In this document: one piece after another, positions 26,891 to 38,611 of the stretch
Numbering within the stretch: the stretch's first letter is position 1
Layout: every line of letters begins with the position of its first letter
NCBI RefSeq assembly: GCF_006345805.1
Contig: NC_043003.1
Coordinates: 51,770,001 to 51,834,000 of the forward strand
From: Octopus sinensis
Taxonomy: Eukaryota
Length of the DNA: 64,000 nt
Direction of reading: 5' to 3'
Position numbers and translations under genes: made by a program
The notes under the pieces: generated by a model
Seen by the model: only the letters and a program-made list of their open reading frames with translations
Told to the model about the DNA's origin: nothing
Databases searched by the model: none

Positions 26891-26923
<33 letters not shown>

Positions 26924-28160
26924 ATATTGATTCTTTTTTATTATTTTATTTGAATGTTAGTTTGTAAAAGAGAGAAAGAAGGGAAAGAAAGAGAGAGGTG
27001 GTGGTGGTGGAGGAGGGCGAGAACCACACCTCTGCTTCTGGGAGGTCCTTCCTGCTGGTTAGTTAGGGTAAGCAGCTAAACAACTTCACATAGCTGGAAT
27101 ACTTATATCATACCACACACAAAACGTACACATGATACATACACAACACTACTAACAGGAACACACACACACACACACACAATATACATGCCAAACACAC
27201 TCATAAACACAGCAGTACCATTACCGTACATACACAACGTCGCTACGCGCGCGCGCACACACACACACACACACGCACGCAGTCTTACGATATGCTTAGC
27301 ATCGTCATCCCCACATACGGACACACACACACACAATATATATATATACACAACTTTAACATCACCACACACAAGCAGACACACTATGATATACATACTA
27401 CCACCACCACCACTATCGCCGCCGCCGCCGTCGTCATCATCAACAGCAGCAGCTAGCAAGATAGCCAAGCCAAAACATTATAGTGTTGTTTAAAAAGTAA
27501 AGCTATATAGCACACAGCAAAACCTTGCGGTTCACATACAGAGGGGCAAAGTGAGGGTAAAGAAGAGAGATAAAGAGTGGGAGAGAGGGAAAGAAAGAGT
27601 GAATGAGCTGAGTGGGAGAAGAGACAGAGATACCTAAAAGAGTAACGATAGTGGTAGTGGTGGTGGTGGTGGTGGTGGCAGCGGTAGTGCTTAGCAATTT
27701 ACCATGTGTCCCTGTTTCAAGCTAGAGAGGTGAAGGGTTTATAGAACATATACACATACATAGAGTGTGTGTGAGTGCGTGTGTGTATGCGTATATATAT
27801 ACACACACACAAGTTAAATAAGTTTGAGTGTATGTATGCCTTGCTCCTCATCTCCTCGATCTCTCTCTTTCCATATATATGTGTGTGTGAGTATAAAATA
27901 TATACACATGTATGTATGTGTATGTACACATGCAGAGTCCAACCCATGCCAGCATAGAAAACGGTCAGTAAATGACAATATGTGTATGTATGTATATCTA
28001 TCACAAAAGGGAGAAAACAACGAGAATCCTTATCTTTTGTCTGTCCTAACGAGTAGTAAGGGGTGTGTGAAATTCTGCATCCCACAAGCTAGTAGAGATG
28101 CAATTTGTTCCTTCCCCATCAAAATCCGGCTCTTTTCCAAGCAACAGGAACTTTGCCGTT
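25800..28160. promoter_or_regulatory. Isolated intronic CpG-rich island, candidate enhancer or alternative promoter
   Basis: Dense CpG in unique sequence with (CG)n runs, GAGA tracts and the Gli variant TGGGAGGTC at 27039-27047; both flanks are CpG-depleted. Confidence 0.5.
26194..26421 (+). mobile_element. Family B SINE, near-pristine, with 13-bp TSD
   Basis: TSD tatatagcctcca at 26181-26193 and 26422-26434. Confidence 0.93.
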
Positions 28161-30407
28161 TTTCATCAAATTCCAGCTGTAGTTGGTTATAGTCAGCTGG
28201 TACTCCAGCCATGATCAACTCATCTTTTTTCTTGGCATAGTGTACTTAGGCCACATTATTCAATGAATACATTAGTAAGATACAAAATGCAATTTGTGGG
28301 AGATTTGGTTGCTATTTCCAGCAAAATGAACAACATTCCACCCACCTGTAGAGGTTCATTGGTTCTAAATTCAAGCAGTTGTTGATTAGCCCAAAGTTGG
28401 CCCTGATTTAGCAGACAGATCTATGATCAAAAGTATTCCAGCTGTGACTGTGTGGTATTATTAAGTTATTTTTCAACCATATGGCTTTGGGTTCAGTCCC
28501 ACTGTGTAGCGTCTTGGGAAAGTGTCTCTACTATAGTCCTAAGCTGACTAAAGCCACGCGAGTGGATTTGGTAGATGAAAAGTGAAAGAAGTTCATCACA
28601 CAGACACATACATACACAAGGGGGTGCTGAAAATTCTTGGCTTTAAAGGTAAAGATATCATGAAAGGTCTGCTTAGCAACACTTTGTCCATTATTATGTT
28701 ATGAGTTCAAATTCTGCCGAGATTAACTTGGTCTTTCATCCTTTTGGGGGTCAATAAAATAAGTACCAGTTACGCACTGGGGTTGATGTAATCGACTGGT
28801 CCCCTCCCCACAAAATTTCAGACCTTGTGCCTATAGTAGAAAGGATTACTACTGTAAAAAATAGTTGTATTTTGTTTGTAATTCTAGTGTGTATTATATA
28901 TTGTTAAGGCATTGAACTAGCAGAGTTGTTAGCATATAGAACAAAATGCTTTGTGGTATTTCTTTATGATTTATGTTGAGTTGAAATACTGCTGAGGTCA
29001 GCTTTTTCTTTCATCCTCTAGGGATCGATAAAATAGGTATCAGTTGAGCACTGGGGGTCTGTGTAATCAACTAACCCACCCTCTCCCACAAAATTGCAGG
29101 TTTTGTGCTTATAGTAGAAAAGCTTATATAATATTGTATATATTACTGTGTTTTATAGTGTATTACTTGTAAATATTATGATGTACATTATTGTATGTTA
29201 CAGTATATGCTTATTCCGGTATATTGTTGTGTCCACTCCTTAATGCAAGCATTCGGGTCAAGTCTCTGGTTTTCGAATATCTCCCTCCATCCATCCCACC
29301 CACTTAAAATTCCTTGACAATACAACAGGCACTGCTCTTCCAGAAAAATGAATCAAATAATTTACTGTTTATTATTTGTGAGAGATTCAACAAACAGAAA
29401 ATGCATTGAAATCATTATGATGGAAACAAAGAGTGTTCATGTGTCCAACCGGTTTCACTGTTTGAAGTTAATCATGATTTTGCAATGAAAAATGTTGGTA
29501 AAATTTCATCACAAAATGCTGTTGAGAGTAACAGTGAAAGTAATATATGAATGTTGTTAACAGAGACTGAGGAGGTAATAAATGAAACATTTACATTCTT
29601 TAACTAATAATAAACATACAGACAGCATATCTTCTTATTTGCAGAACTAAACATGCATTGTCCTGGATTTAAGGTATCAATCATATTTGGTTTGTATAGA
29701 GTAAATTTTTTATTGTACTTTGCTTCATTTTGAGATGAATTATGATGTATTTGTAAGAACACATGTTGTGTGTATTTATGTCTACATGTATGTATGTTTA
29801 TTTCTGCACAAACATATGTATGCATACATATATAATGGTACATATTTGAATGCAAAGAACCAGCCTCTGGATTCAATCATACATCGTTTCTTGTAATAAC
29901 AGTCATCATTCCCTCTCTAACCCCTCATAACTATGGTTATGTCATAGGCATACACATGCAATGAAGAAGGCAACACTAGAAGGAAACATGAACATTATGT
30001 ATATTGAAAAACCCCTTGGAATGGAAAAAGTTGAAGGCTGCTTGCAGGATTTGAACCCAATATTCTACATCCCCACCTACCCAGTTACAGACACATCCAA
30101 AACAGCACTAGACAGCTTTTGAATTTGTAACCAATTTGAGGATGAAGTACAACAACAATCTCATAGAAAGAAACAATCATACATTGCTTGCTTATTGGGT
30201 AAAACTGCTGCAGTTTAAACCAGAGGGCACCAATGAATTTCTTCTCTTGATTAAAGCTATAAAATGTTTTATCTGTAGCACTAAGGTGTTACCTTGAGAT
30301 GGAAGGAGAGATTTTATATGGAATTCAAGTTATATATGGTCAAATACAATAAGCTTGCTTAAGTAATTAATTTTATCTTGTTTATTTATGATGATTTTAG
30401 TCAAAGG

Positions 30408-30793
30408 ACTAGCAGTATCGCCCGGCGTTGCTCAGGTTTGTAAGGGAAATAACTATAAAGCATTTTTAGAGAGCTATAGCCAAAAAATAGCAAAAAAATG
30501 GAAAAAAATGATGGTAAATTTTTTTTTGAGATTTAAAAAAGGTGGAGTTGCATCCCCATGACAGTTTGTGGTTCGTGTTTCTGATTCTCGACCCCATGTC
30601 AAATTTATCGATTTTTTTCAGAACTGGGGGAACTTTTCAAAATTTTCGCTGCGTTAGTTTTGAATTATGACATTGGGCTATGTGTGTGTCAAGTTTCATC
30701 AGAATCGGTTGAAAGCCGTGGTCAGGGTGAGGGTACAAGCAAACAGACACACAGAAACACGCACAGACAAACTGCCGTTTATATATAGAGAGA
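30408..30793 (+). mobile_element. Non-autonomous Helitron/Helentron-like element
   Basis: Starts actagcagtatcgcccggcgttgct, contains aagtttcatcagaatcgg and ends cagacaaactgccgtttatatatag. This architecture resembles DINE/Lep1-type elements as I recall them. CpGs are retained. Confidence 0.55.
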
Positions 30794-32225
30794 TGAAGGT
30801 ACCTTTGTAACCCTTTTTAAGATTGTCTGAGACTATTCAAAGGAAGTTAACAGATTTTACTCAATAGCAGCAGAGTGTGCCCACCTAAAGGCAGGTGTTA
30901 CTAAAACAGGTGACAGAATAAGCCTACCACCTAAAATTACAAACCTAGGTCATTCCTGATTCTGCAAACTTATATGATCAAAGACATCCCTACTGTGACT
31001 CTTCCATTTGTTTGCATATTTATGTTTACAACTCTGGTGCTGGTGCCATGTAAAAAGTACACAGAACACTGTGTAAAGTGGTTGGCACTAGGAAGGGCAT
31101 CCAGTTGTAGAAACCATACCAAACCAGATTATGGAACTTGGAGTGGCTCCTGGTCTTGCCAGCTCCTGCCAAGCCATCCAACCTATGCCAGCATGGAAAA
31201 TGGATGTTAAATGATGATAATGAATAACCAATGTGTTCTTACAGGTTGCTGTTTTTTTTTTTTTTCAGATTATGATTCCACATTGGATCACAAAATGGTA
31301 AGGCATACACAGGTGTGAAAGGTTTGTGTTGGGATATTAGTTTTAAACTCAGTATGTCACAAATTTTAAGGTGAAAAGTGGAATTATATAGATGACATTT
31401 GATTCCATTGATTTCCAACATTGGTATTGTTTCTTTTTTATTTGTAAGCTAAGTTGACCAACCTACCAATAAAGAAAAGGTCATGAATATGTATTCATGT
31501 GTATATATTATCTATCAAAATGTATAAACATTCATATACATGCATACATGTATATCTATATATATATAAATATATACACACAGAAACATACACATGCATA
31601 CATATGCACACATGCATCCACAAATTCACACACAATCTATTGCTTTGTTAAGAAAAAAAAAAGGACAAAAAGAAAAAAGATAATTGAGATTGGAAGGGGG
31701 AAGAAGAGGAAAAAGATGAAGACACATGTGTGTTGTGTATGAAGTGGGTGAGAGGGGTAAACAGAATAAACACAAGTAAATTGATAGGAAATTACAAAAG
31801 TTGGAGAGAGAGAGAGGTGGGGTTTGTTCATCTGACAGCTATAACTTACTTCACTGGGCCCTGGGGGTGTAAGTGAGTAATGGGAGGTGGTGGTTGAGAG
31901 AGTTGGAATCTGGGTGAAGATGAAGAAGAGGAGAGGGTGGTGGAGTTGCATGGTTGGTGGTAGTGGGGAGGTGATGGGGAATCAAGTTTGTATACACATA
32001 CACAGATGTATGTGTATGTCTGTGGAGGAGGGGAACTAATTTAGTGGGTGGCCTGCTGAAGACTTACCCTGTTGGAAGTATTGGTGGCTTGTGTGTGTGT
32101 GTGTGTACATGTATCATGTATGTGTGTGTGTGAGGAGAGGGCTTGAAGAATTTTCATTCAATACCCACCACCAAGATTTTTTTTAAAGTTTTCTTTTCAA
32201 GATATATATATATATAATATATATA

Positions 32226-32269
<44 letters not shown>

Positions 32270-33170
32270 CATACATATATATATATATATTTATATATAT
32301 ATATATATTGCAACTTGCCTGTTACCCCACACAGGTCAGAATTTTGAATTTACAAAAACTGATAATAGGAAAGTAGGAAGTATAAGATCTTAAAAGAAAT
32401 CTGTAATTCCCTTGCCAAAATCCTGAAGGAAGGAAACTGAAGTTTATACACAAACACACCGATCCAATTTACTGCTTTCAAATTTTATATATATTTATTG
32501 TAAAAAGGAGACTGGATTTATCTATTTTGTGTATATATTGTATGTGTGTACAAATATATTGTGTATATATATATATGTATATCATCATTTAATGTCCATT
32601 TTCCATACATATATAATTAAATAGATATATAGATCAATTTTAATTCTCCATTTTTCTGATACATTTTTCCAATTAAAAATTATGGTCTTAATTTCATATT
32701 TGAGTTTTTAAATTCTAATTTTTGTGGGTGGGGTGAAATTTTGCTTTTCAAGCAGGTGTAAAACAAGTACATCACCTCTTATTTGTATGTTTACCTTATT
32801 CTGCCCATCCACATATGTTTATGTACCTGTCCACATTTCACTCTTATCAACCCATATTTTAAATATATAAAACAAAAATGTTAAAAAAAAAAAAAAACCA
32901 ATCCTCCTCCTAAAGGGAATTTAGGAAGTTCTCTTTCTTTTATAAATATTACAAATTTTAGGGTGCGTTTCGTGTGTGTTAGATTAGATATTCTATGGGT
33001 GGGCTATCAGATTTACAGTTTTTTTCTCTTCTTTTTATTTTAAAATATGGGTGGGTAATGGGTAGAAATGTTTATGAGTGAGCATAAGTAACTGCTGTAC
33101 CCATTAAATACATACTATTACTCACAACACATTGTGTGTGTGTGTGTGTGTATGCATTTATGTATATTCC

Positions 33171-33744
33171 TTTACTTGTTTCAGTCATTTTGACTGTGGC
33201 CATGCTGGAGTACCATCTTTAGTTGAACAAATCGACCCTAGGACTTATTCTTTGTAAGCCTAGTACTTATTCTATTGATCTCTATTACCGAACCACTAAG
33301 TTACGGGGATGTAAGCACACCAGCATCGATTGTCAGGCGATGGTGGTCGGGACAAACACAGACACACAAACATATACTGTAACCACATGTGGATCGTTGG
33401 CGATTTTTTACCTTCATCTTCCTTTCCTCTTTGCTTGAAACATAAAACTACCTTTCTTTCCTTCTCTGAGTGTCTGCTAATACTTTGCATGTACCACATC
33501 CTTGCATCGTCGTTTTTTTCTTGCACTTGTTCTTCATTTTTGGGGGATTTACTATATATATATGTATATATATATGTATATGACAGGCTTCTTTCAGTTT
33601 CCGTGTACCAAATACACTTACAAGGCTTAGGTTGGCCCAAGGCAATAGTAGAAGACACTTGCCCAAGGTTCCACACAGTGGGACCGAACCCAGACCCATG
33701 AGGTTGGGAAGCAAGCTTCTTACCACACAGCCACTCCTGTGCCT
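33171..33744 (-). mobile_element. Family A SINE, full length with internal insertion
   Basis: Tail tttacttgtttcagtcattttgactgtggcc at the left and head cacacagccactcctgtgcc at the right. Confidence 0.9.
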
Positions 33745-35773
33745 CTATGTATCTTATATATATGTGCATAATTATGGTCACTACTGAGAGGGAACTCAAT
33801 ATTTTTATAAGCAGAAAGCATCTGTATTTCCAACCACTGACTCCCCTAAGAACCATCCATATATGAATACACATACATACCTGTTACACACACATGCACA
33901 CACACTGTTACTAGTGACAGGTCACACTATGAAAAATGTTATTACTAGTTTATATGGATTTAATAAATAAGTTACATCTCTAAGTATTTAATAGCTAAAT
34001 AATTATTATTGTTATTAATAACATATATTTATTGCAACTATACAAATGAGATATTTACTTCATTTCTATTTCAATTTAAAACTGTTTTTATTTTGAAAAT
34101 TTGAATTAATTTCAAACATTTGTACAAGTAGCAAAAAATTTGGAAAAAAAATGTAAAATTTGATAATTACTGTGTGTATCTTAATCCAATATTACCCACA
34201 GTGGCAAAAGTATATTGTCAACATTATCAGTCATAAGCTCATGCCTGGGTGTTCTTCCTGACACTAACCTTTCCTGTTTTTTCAAGTGAAGTACTATAGT
34301 CCCACACATTTGCACAGTGAACTGTTAGCAGATGACTTGTTTATGGAAGACCTAAATCATGTCACTGTTGAAGCAATGCTAATATGAAGACTACCCTTAC
34401 AGTACCGCCATAAACACACATGACAAACATCCTGCAACTAAATTTCACTTACATTAACACTGATCATCTCAATGCTATAGTAGAGGACTGGCTCCCAAAC
34501 CACATGGCAAACTCATGTGTACCAAACAGCCAAATACAATGAATGGCAGAATCCCTTTTAGATTTTCTTAAATCCAGCCCAGCGTAACTTTGTTTTCATC
34601 CTTAGGACAATGAAACAACACACCAATTTGAAACCAGGTTCAACCTCACTGAACAACATCTTGAGCAAGCATTTTCTAATGCAAGTGTCCTGTGCCTAAC
34701 CAATGCTTTGTGAGTGTGTGTGTGTGTATGTGCGCATGTCTTTGTGTTTGCATTCCAACAGTCCACAGGTAATTTTATCAACTGCAGAAGTATGAAAAAT
34801 AAAATTGATCGCAGTGTGATTTGAACTTGCAAAAGGGGCTAGAATGAATACTGCAAGCATATGTTCAGCAGATGCTTTGCCTGGTCAAGGAATTGAAACT
34901 GACCTATGTCTGTTGAGTTCAAACCCAAACCAACACAAATTATATATATATATATATATATATATAGTTTAAAGAGAGAGAGGTGGGTGAACAGATAATA
35001 TAACCTTTTAAGCTAAGGGTGGGACTAGCTGGTTCCATTCACACTTTTGAGTCTTGTTCTAAGAAAAAAAAGTCATAGCTGCCACCACCACAACCATCAC
35101 CATCATTCATAGCTCTCTCTCTCTCTCTTTCTTTCTCTCTCTCTTCTTTCTATCACCAGCTTCTACCCAGTTTCAAACATTATTAGAGTGACACCACACA
35201 CATGATCAGATACTCCACTGGTGCTTTCACCACCACTGCCGGCACCATCACCATTTTACTTGAAGCTTGCTATTCTGAGTAAATAGAGTTAAAGGAGAAA
35301 GAGGGAAAGAGAGACAGAGTGAGAGAGAGAGAGAAAGAAAAAAAAAAACTAGAATGTTTGGAGGTAGGGGTGGGATAACTTAAAGTGGAGTGGTGTTATT
35401 GATTAGGGTGGGGAAGCAGCTGGAGGAAGACAGAGTATGAGGATGAGGGATGAAGAAGTAGGGGAGGGGGTGCTGGTATGTAGAAGAAAACAGAAATGAG
35501 GAGAAATGGCGGCAGTAGTGATAGTGGTAATGGTAGAGGAGGAAGTGGAAGTAGTGGATGCAATAGGGGTGGGGTGAGTACACAATGTAGAAGAGAGAGA
35601 GAGAGAGGGTGTGTATATGTGTGTGTCAGAGTAGAAGAAAAGTGGGAGCAGGGGGTCGTAGTGGGGTAGGGTAGAGAGAATGCTGGGAGAGTGCACCCAA
35701 GCAAAGGGGTGAGGGTAGTGTGAAGGAAGGAGAAAAGTGAAGGAAGGCAGCTTCCACCCACAACCAGAAAACA

Positions 35774-35782
35774 GACCACCCA
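35774..35782 (+). promoter_or_regulatory. Perfect Gli/Ci consensus site GACCACCCA (copy 1)
   Basis: Exact 9-mer inside an intron of a canonical Gli target gene; two more CACCCA cores lie within 90 bp. Function is inferred. Confidence 0.5.
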
Positions 35783-37585
35783 GCTCTGTATGTATGTGTA
35801 ACATTATATGTGTGAGCGTACATGTGTGTGTATGTGTGTGTGTGTGTGTCATATGTATATACAGTTGGAATAAACAAAGATGCTAAGAGAAATAAAACAA
35901 TAAAACTTAGATGAAATAAAGAATTTTTGGTAAATTTTATAGATATTTTTGATTTTGTTTTGAAGTTTTCTCATTTCACTATGACTAAAGAGAGAGAGAA
36001 AAGAGAGAGAAAGAAAGGGAGAGAGAGTGTGAGCCCTGTGTGGCTGAGTGTGTGAGAGAGGTGTGTGGCTGGAAGCTTACTGAGGGGGAAGCAAACATAT
36101 TGTTAATACAGCATACACCACCAACACCATTGCCACCACCACCACCACCACTACTACTACTACTAGTACAACTACTACCACTACTACTATGATCAAGACA
36201 TTCACCTAGCAAATCCTCCTTCACTTCCACCTCTGTCATCATCGTCATCATCATTGTTGCTGCCACCACCATCACTGGTTATTACACACCTCCTCTGCAA
36301 ATTTTTATCTTTCTCACAGTTGCCCCGCATGTGGTAAAGAAATTTGTTTCACAACAATGTGACCCCAGGTTTGATTCCACTGAGAAGCACCTTTGGGGTA
36401 AATATTTTCTGCCAGAGCTTTGGGTCAATTGAAGTGGAATTTGGTTGACAAGAACTGCACAGAAGAGCCTCCATATATTATGTGTTGGAACGTGTCAAAA
36501 TTGTGAGGATATTTGGTTGGAAACTGATGAGGGAGTTGGGCTTGTCTGCATCTGTTGTGTTTTTTCTCTTGTTTTTCCATAAATCCCACTGTTGTCCCCT
36601 TGTGCCATATTTCCATTATGCATGCATGATATACATACATAACTGAGAAACCATGCCAAATCAGAATGGAATCTGGTGCATCCCCTCAGCTCACCAACCC
36701 TGGTCAAACTGTCCAACTCATGCCAGCATGGGCAATGAACATTAAATGATGATGATATATATATATATATATATATATAGTTTAAAGAGAGAGAGGTGGG
36801 TGAACAGATAATATAACCTTTTAAGCTAAGGGTGGGACTAGCTGGTTCCATTCACACTTTTGAGTCTTGTTCTAAGAAAAAAAAGTCATAGCTGCCACCA
36901 CCACAACCATCACCATCATTCATAGCTCTCTCTCTCTCTCTTCTTTCTCTCTCTCTTCTTTCTATCACCAGCTTCTACCCAGTTTCAAACATTATTAGAG
37001 TGACACCACACACATGATCAGATACTCCACTGGTGCTTTCACCACCACTGCCGGCACCATCACCATTTTACTTGAAGCTTGCTATTCTGAGTAAATAGAG
37101 TTAAAGGAGAAAGAGGGAAAGAGAGACAGAGTGAGAGAGAGAGAGAAAGAAAAAAAAAAACTAGAATGTTTGGAGGTAGGGGTGGGATAAACTTAAAGTG
37201 GAGTGGTGTTATTGATTAGGGTGGGGAAGCAGCTGGAGGAAGACAGAGTATGAGGATGAGGGATGAAGAAGTAGGGGAGGGGGTGCTGGTATGTAGAAGA
37301 AAACAGAAATGAGGAGAAATGGCGGCAGTAGTGATAGTGGTAATGGTAGAGGGAGGAAGTGGAAGTAGTGGATGCAATAGGGGTGGGGTGAGTACACAAT
37401 GTAGAAGAGAGAGAGAGAGGGTGTGTATATGTGTGTGTCAGAGTAGAAGAAAAGTGGGAGCAGGGGGTCGTAGTGGGGTAGGGTAGAGAGAATGCTGGGA
37501 GAGTGCACCCAAGCAAAGGGGTGAGGGTAGTGTGAAGGAAGGAGAAAAGTGAAGGAAGGCAGCTTCCACCCACAACCAGAAAACA

Positions 37586-37594
37586 GACCACCCA
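37586..37594 (+). promoter_or_regulatory. Perfect Gli/Ci consensus site GACCACCCA (copy 2)
   Basis: Duplicate of the 35774 site. Confidence 0.5.
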
Positions 37595-38564
37595 GCTCTG
37601 TATGTATGTGTAACATTATATGTGTGAGCGTACATGTGTGTGTATGTGTGTGTGTGTGTGTCATATGTATATACAGTTGGAATAAACAAAGATGCTAAGA
37701 GAAATAAAACAATAAAACTTAGATGAAATAAAGAATTTTTGGTAAATTTTATAGATATTTTTGATTTTGTTTTGAAGTTTTCTCATTTCACTATGACTAA
37801 AGAGAGAGAGAAAAGAGAGAGAAAGAAAGGGAGAGAGAGTGTGAGCCCTGTGTGGCTGAGTGTGTGAGAGAGGTGTGTGGCTGGAAGCTTACTGAGGGGG
37901 AAGCAAACATATTGTTAATACAGCATACACCACCAACACCATTGCCACCACCACCACCACCACTACTACTACTACTAGTACAACTACTACCACTACTACT
38001 ATGATCAAGACATTCACCTAGCAAATCCTCCTTCACTTCCACCTCTGTCATCATCGTCATCATCATTGTTGCTGCCACCACCATCACTGGTTATTACACA
38101 CCTCCTCTGCAAATTTTTATCTTTCTCACAGTTGCCCCGCATGTGGTAAAGAAATTTGTTTCACAACAATGTGACTCCAGGTTTGATTCCACTGAGAAGC
38201 ACCTTTGGGGTAAATATTTTCTGCCAGAGCTTTGGGTCAATTGAAGTGGAATTTGGTTGACAAGAACTGCACAGAAGAGCCTCCATATATTATGTGTTGG
38301 AAGGTGTCAAAATTGTGAGGATATTTGGTTGGAAACTGATGAGGGAGTTGGGCTTGTCTGCATCTGTTGTGTTTTTTCTCTTGTTTTTCCATAAATCCCA
38401 CTGTTGTCCCCTTGTGCCATATTTCCATTATGCATGCATGATATACATACATAACTGAGAAACCATGCCAAATCAGAATGGAATCTGGTGCATCCCCTCA
38501 GCTCACCAACCCTGGTCAAACTGTCCAACTCATGCCAGCATGGGCAATGAACATTAAATGATGA

Positions 38565-38611
<47 letters not shown>

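Larger units (their letters stand above)
34967..38592. repeat. Head-to-tail tandem duplication, two copies of a ~1,813-bp unit
   Basis: Copy 1 starts gtttaaagagagagaggtggg at 34967 and copy 2 at 36780. By eye I see 4 small indels in runs and 2 substitutions. (AT)n tracts lie at the left border, the junction and the right border. Confidence 0.95.

Noticed and set aside
29400-29530. Possible Tc1-like remnant
   Set aside because: It looks familiar, but I could not identify a TIR, TSD or coding motif.
30288-30320. Recursive-splicing ratchet points in the 55-kb intron (best: AAG|GTAACA at 30293, TAG|GTATGT at 55473, CAG|GTATGT at 33881, TAG|GTATTA at 21657)
   Set aside because: None combines a strong polypyrimidine tract, YAG and GTRAGT. 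A saw-tooth pattern in total RNA-seq would be needed to revive the idea.
33296-33874. 192-aa ORF
   Set aside because: It runs through a family A SINE and microsatellites; no domain is recognisable.
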